Positions 42,891-45,692 of a stretch of 45,692 nt of DNA are shown here, piece by piece. A program made the position numbers and the translations under genes. A model generated the notes under the pieces. That model ran no database searches and had not been told where the DNA came from. It saw nothing but the letters and a program-made list of their open reading frames with translations. The stretch is from a virus, in IMG/VR virus record IMGVR_UViG_3300045988_039593. One strand, written 5' to 3'. How positions within the stretch are numbered: the stretch's first letter is position 1; the number at the start of each line of letters is the position of its first letter.

Positions 42891-43616
42891 TTAAAACAAT
42901 GTTAGTTGTGTTAATTCCTGTTCTTTTGCCAAAAGAAAATCACAAATAAAGTTACGTGCATATTCCGGTGCCATCATTGAACGTTCTTCCGAACACAATC
43001 CGGCCTTTATTGATGATTTGGATTTTAGCATTGTCTTTTTGATTGGATTTGTATATGACGTATATCCATTTGTTGGTTCACAATTGATAAACCAATATGC
43101 GGTCGGTTTTTGGAAATAATCGCCACGTAATCTCCTGTTGTGATCAATCAATGCCGGCGGTAAAACAAAATTGGCTTTAAGGTATGTTTGTTCATTCCAC
43201 GGATTTTCCATAACCAAACGCAACCCGAGTTCCTGTGCAATCGTTAGCATTTTAACGGCCAAAGAATAAAAATATTCGCGGTTTTTTACCCTTTCCAATA
43301 TCGCATCCGTCTTTTCGTGCCACGTCATTTTACGATAATTGATACAACCCCAAGTGAACGCAATTTGCGACATTGCACAAAAATAAATACAGGGAAAGAA
43401 CGCAATTATTATATCATCCGGGGTTATCTTGTCAAATATACTTTGCCCCCCCCTATAACAATTTTCGATTTCCGCAAATAGATCTATCACATTATCGGTT
43501 TCCCCGAAATTATTTTGTATGTCGTAATCCTCAGCCGGGATGCCCAATTTTATAAACTCTTTTTTGAACGTCCCGGATTGCTCAAAAAAGCAATGCGCCT
43601 TACCTCTTATTTCCAT
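42891..43616 (-). CDS. compact C5-cytosine DNA methyltransferase-like protein (241 aa)
   Basis: Trimmed to the ATG at 43616. Motif-like strings: CFFEQSGTF (I), AFFPCIYF (IV, PC), VMENPW (VI, ENV-like), NRRLRGDY, RSMMAPEYARNF (IX/X-like). Confidence 0.55.
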   Translation of the reverse strand: MEIRGKAHCFFEQSGTFKKEFIKLGIPAEDYDIQNNFGETDNVIDLFAEIENCYRGGQSIFDKITPDDIIIAFFPCIYFCAMSQIAFTWGCINYRKMTWHEKTDAILERVKNREYFYSLAVKMLTIAQELGLRLVMENPWNEQTYLKANFVLPPALIDHNRRLRGDYFQKPTAYWFINCEPTNGYTSYTNPIKKTMLKSKSSIKAGLCSEERSMMAPEYARNFICDFLLAKEQELTQLTLF

Positions 43617-43618
43617 AT

Positions 43619-43867
43619 TTATAATTTTTGATATTCGTTTTTGAAAAATCTTATTGAATCGTGATTTACGCAATATATTTCTATACCATTATTATTTCGT
43701 ATTTGATAACCGTGCCGCGACCCTATAACCGTAACTTTTTCATACGCTTCTATAATTTCGCCGCGACGATTTTTTATTTTCTCAATTGTTACCGCCATTG
43801 CACCAATTATACGTTTTGGCTTCTTGTAAATCGGCAAACATTGTTCGTTAATTTCATTGAATGTCAT
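43619..43867 (-). CDS. hypothetical protein (82 aa)
   Basis: ATG-started ORF whose stop abuts the next start. Confidence 0.5.
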   Translation of the reverse strand: MTFNEINEQCLPIYKKPKRIIGAMAVTIEKIKNRRGEIIEAYEKVTVIGSRHGYQIRNNNGIEIYCVNHDSIRFFKNEYQKL

Positions 43868-43932
43868 AGCTTGTATAATTTATTGTATCTTTGTGGCACC
43901 GCATTACCTCGTATCGCTTTCAGTTATTGCGC

Positions 43933-43967
43933 GGTCGGCATCCTTTACAGGGTGCCGGCCTTTTTTT
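43933..43967 (+). terminator. Strong hairpin with T7 tract on the non-coding (+) strand
   Basis: 11-bp stem 43933-43943/43950-43960 (GGTCGGCATCC/GGGTGCCGGCC, 2 G-U pairs) followed by TTTTTTT at 43961-43967. On the - strand it is preceded by A7 and has no U-tract. Confidence 0.5.
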
Positions 43968-44187
43968 ATTCTGGTTGTCCCGGCATCACTTTGGATGACT
44001 TACATTCTTTGTAATAACAACCCGCAACCAAATTGCATTCAAAACCCTTTGTATCATCAAAAGGCCCGCACATATCGTAAAACGCACACGGGGCGCAAAT
44101 ATCTTTTTTTAATTTCACGCAATCCGGGTTAATATGAATTTCGTAAAATTTGCCGTTAATTTCGGCCTTTGGGTATCTTTTCGCCAT
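43966..44187 (-). CDS. Cys-rich small protein (73 aa)
   Basis: Eight Cys, including CAPCAFYDMC and CNLVAGCYYKEC. Confidence 0.5.
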   Translation of the reverse strand: MAKRYPKAEINGKFYEIHINPDCVKLKKDICAPCAFYDMCGPFDDTKGFECNLVAGCYYKECKSSKVMPGQPE

Positions 44188-44224
44188 TGTATTATTCTTT
44201 TATTATGTTACTAATCCATAAAGT

Positions 44225-44389
44225 TTATTTTATACAACAATTGTTCGCCGGTTCTTCAATTGTATTGCTTTCGCCCGCAAGTTCGCACGAGTGCAATTCC
44301 CGGCCCCAATATTGCCAACAAATAAAATGTTTACATTTATGCGCAATACATTTGCGTTCAACATCCGTATATGGTTCAATTTTTTTCAT
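44225..44389 (-). CDS. Cys-rich small protein (54 aa)
   Basis: ORF 44225..44479 trimmed to the ATG at 44389, directly after the upstream stop. Sequence starts MKKIEPYTDVERKCIAHKCKHFICW... Confidence 0.4.
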   Translation of the reverse strand: MKKIEPYTDVERKCIAHKCKHFICWQYWGRELHSCELAGESNTIEEPANNCCIK

Positions 44390-44390
44390 C

Positions 44391-44687
44391 TTATCGCAAA
44401 TTAGGGGTTGTCTTTTTGCCGCCGTCCTTTTCCGCAATGGCAACGATAACGGCCGCGTTCTTTTCATCTTTCGGTACAATGACGTTGGCGTATTTGTCCC
44501 AACAATCGAATAAGTAATAAACCGGGCGCGGTTCGTGCAACATCAACCCGAAATGGAATAGTTCGGGCCGCCGTTCTTGTTTGAACGCAAAGGCCAAAAC
44601 GTTGCAATCCTCAAACCGGATTCCGGAGCGTTCCACGAGTTCCCGGTACATTTGTTCCCGGGTCGCTTTACTTGATTTCTTGGCCAT
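44391..44687 (-). CDS. hypothetical protein (98 aa)
   Basis: ATG-started ORF in the early block. Confidence 0.55.
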   Translation of the reverse strand: MAKKSSKATREQMYRELVERSGIRFEDCNVLAFAFKQERRPELFHFGLMLHEPRPVYYLFDCWDKYANVIVPKDEKNAAVIVAIAEKDGGKKTTPNLR

Positions 44688-44753
44688 ATCCGTTGCCGTC
44701 CCTTAAAAACACCCCGACAATATACCCATCCGGGGTATTCTCAATTTGTGCCA

Positions 44754-45026
44754 TCATAGCCCCAACAATTTTTTATAAAATTCGAAATTCTTTGTTTCAA
44801 CCCGCCCGTCGGCGTTGTGTTCGTTTGCGTAATTGGTGGCAAATTTGTACCAATCTTCGTAACAGGGCGGGCAAAACCAACGGTTCATAACGGCAACAAA
44901 ATAACCCTTTCCAAAATGTGGTTCGCCGCAATGGTCGCATATATTGCCGCAACCTATTTTCAGCATTTCACGGGAATCAATTTCGATAACCTTAAATCCT
45001 TTTTCATTTTCAATAATCTTTGCCAT
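44754..45026 (-). CDS. zinc-binding small protein (90 aa)
   Basis: CGNICDHCGE...CPPC, two CxxC-type pairs. Confidence 0.55.
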   Translation of the reverse strand: MAKIIENEKGFKVIEIDSREMLKIGCGNICDHCGEPHFGKGYFVAVMNRWFCPPCYEDWYKFATNYANEHNADGRVETKNFEFYKKLLGL

Positions 45027-45042
45027 ATCGCTTTGTTATTAT

Positions 45043-45060
45043 GGGCCGGTCGCCCGGCCC
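45043..45060 (-). other. GC-clamp hairpin between early genes
   Basis: GGGCCGG-tcgc-CCGGCCC in a 40-nt spacer. Confidence 0.3.
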
Positions 45061-45066
45061 GCATTA

Positions 45067-45264
45067 TTATTCAAACCAACTATTCACGTCGGCCGGTTCG
45101 TAAATTAGCACCTTACCATTGATGGAACGTTTAGCATCGGCCATTGACCAATAACCGCGTTTGCGATCGTCATCAACAACGTAAACGACTTGTATCGGGG
45201 ATTCAACCTTTTCAATCTTATGGCCTTTATAGGTGGCCATTCCTGTAACCTGTGCGTATGCCAT
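45067..45264 (-). CDS. hypothetical protein (65 aa)
   Basis: ORF-track TTG start at 45285 trimmed to the ATG at 45264 (MAYAQVTGMATYKGHK). Confidence 0.5.
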   Translation of the reverse strand: MAYAQVTGMATYKGHKIEKVESPIQVVYVVDDDRKRGYWSMADAKRSINGKVLIYEPADVNSWFE

Positions 45265-45295
45265 AATATTAAAAGAAATAAACAAAATTTGACAA

Positions 45296-45532
45296 CTAAT
45301 AATAATAGAAACTTATGCGGATACCACGACGCAATTTGCAAACCTGTTTGTCGCGCATACAACCGAAAGCGCGACCCAAAAGGCGGTTAACCAATTCAAC
45401 GTCGCCAACGTATGCTATAAGGCCACGAACGCCAACCAATGTGTTGACCTTGCGGCCATCAACCATTCCGGATACCTTGATTTTGAAATTATGGTTGATT
45501 TCGCGTGTTGTGTATGCTAATTTTGTTGTCAT
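45296..45532 (-). CDS. hypothetical protein (78 aa), first gene of cassette (c)
   Basis: ORF 45296..45610 trimmed to the ATG at 45532, because the upstream part is the conserved leader. Confidence 0.5.
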   Translation of the reverse strand: MTTKLAYTTREINHNFKIKVSGMVDGRKVNTLVGVRGLIAYVGDVELVNRLLGRAFGCMRDKQVCKLRRGIRISFYYY

Positions 45533-45627
45533 AACCTGTATTGTTTTTAGTTCGGGAACCCGCCCGGTCGGTGTGGTTGAACCCTCAACCCGGATACAAA
45601 AGTAATGCAATTATTTTGATTTCCAAA
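45533..45627 (-). promoter_or_regulatory. Promoter/leader cassette (c): TTTG(45624-45627)-N19-TACTTTTG(45597-45604) plus conserved structured leader
   Basis: Perfect TTTG/TAnnTTTG match. Leader GTATCCGGGTTGAGG with hairpins GGTTGA-gggt-TCAACC and CGGG-cgggtt-CCCG (45553-45566). Confidence 0.75.
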
Positions 45628-45637
45628 ATTTTTAAGC

Positions 45638-45692
45638 ATATTTTTACAAAAATAGCACGAAAACAGTTATTTTTCCGAAAAATCGCGTTTAA
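45638..45692. repeat. 55-bp terminal overlap identical to 1..55
   Basis: Exact copy of the first 55 nt of the window. Confidence 0.97.

Noticed and set aside
42643-42905. Four overlapping 60-76-aa ORFs on both strands in the 42620-42890 spacer, including a + strand TTG-started ORF that could have been a divergent repressor.
   Set aside because: The translations are implausible, with no HTH. They overlap the early terminator hairpin and the phased repeats, so the region is better explained as regulatory DNA.
1-45692. A lysogeny module (integrase, excisionase, CI-type repressor divergent from Cro) and attP.
   Set aside because: No tyrosine or serine recombinase motifs were recognised in any ORF. 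The only HTH regulator is co-directional with all the other genes. Absence by eye is not proof, and a profile search should confirm it.

Overview
The first 55 nt and the last 55 nt of the window are identical. The window is therefore one closed tailed-phage genome of 45,637 bp (Caudoviricetes). The 1206-aa tape measure suggests a siphovirus-like long tail. Every credible gene is on the minus strand, and all long plus-strand ORFs are shadows of minus-strand genes. Genes are tightly packed, with many ATGA/TAATG start-stop overlaps. In transcription order (high to low coordinates) the layout is as follows. (1) 45532-42891: an early block of small, often Cys-rich proteins ending in a compact C5-cytosine-methyltransferase-like gene and a strong terminator. 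(2) 42519-34505: a middle block with a Cro-like HTH, a PD-(D/E)XK exonuclease, a possible annealing protein, an HNH endonuclease, a replication initiator with internal iterons, a RuvC-like resolvase and a MazG-like protein. (3) 34392-33661: a mini-operon of a 99-aa ORF, tRNA-Gln(UUG), tRNA-Leu(CAA) and an ORF-free RNA. (4) 33646-24538: an SMC/RecF-like ATPase, a second HNH homing endonuclease, a DnaQ-like exonuclease, SSB, an ASCH protein and a ParB-domain DNA methyltransferase. (5) 24522-205: terS, a decayed GNAT gene, terL, portal, scaffold, major capsid, unassigned virion genes, tape measure, baseplate/tail proteins, a tail fibre with a C-terminal SGNH esterase, holin, amidase endolysin and a third homing endonuclease. 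Three paralogous cassettes each combine a perfect Bacteroidota-type promoter (TTTG-N19-TAnnTTTG) with a conserved structured leader; this argues for a Bacteroidota host (inference). No integrase, CRISPR array or reverse transcriptase was seen. The most interesting signals are non-coding: the promoter/leader cassettes, a second extended promoter-like motif family found in both orientations, a regulatory hub with 21-bp-phased repeats, and iterons inside the initiator gene. Coding curiosities include a GNAT frame with two in-frame stops between terS and terL, an SGNH tail fibre, a shared DFNxDFNNDF peptide in two virion proteins, and a compact C5-MTase-like early gene. Most functional calls rest on motifs recognised by eye, and no database search was possible.
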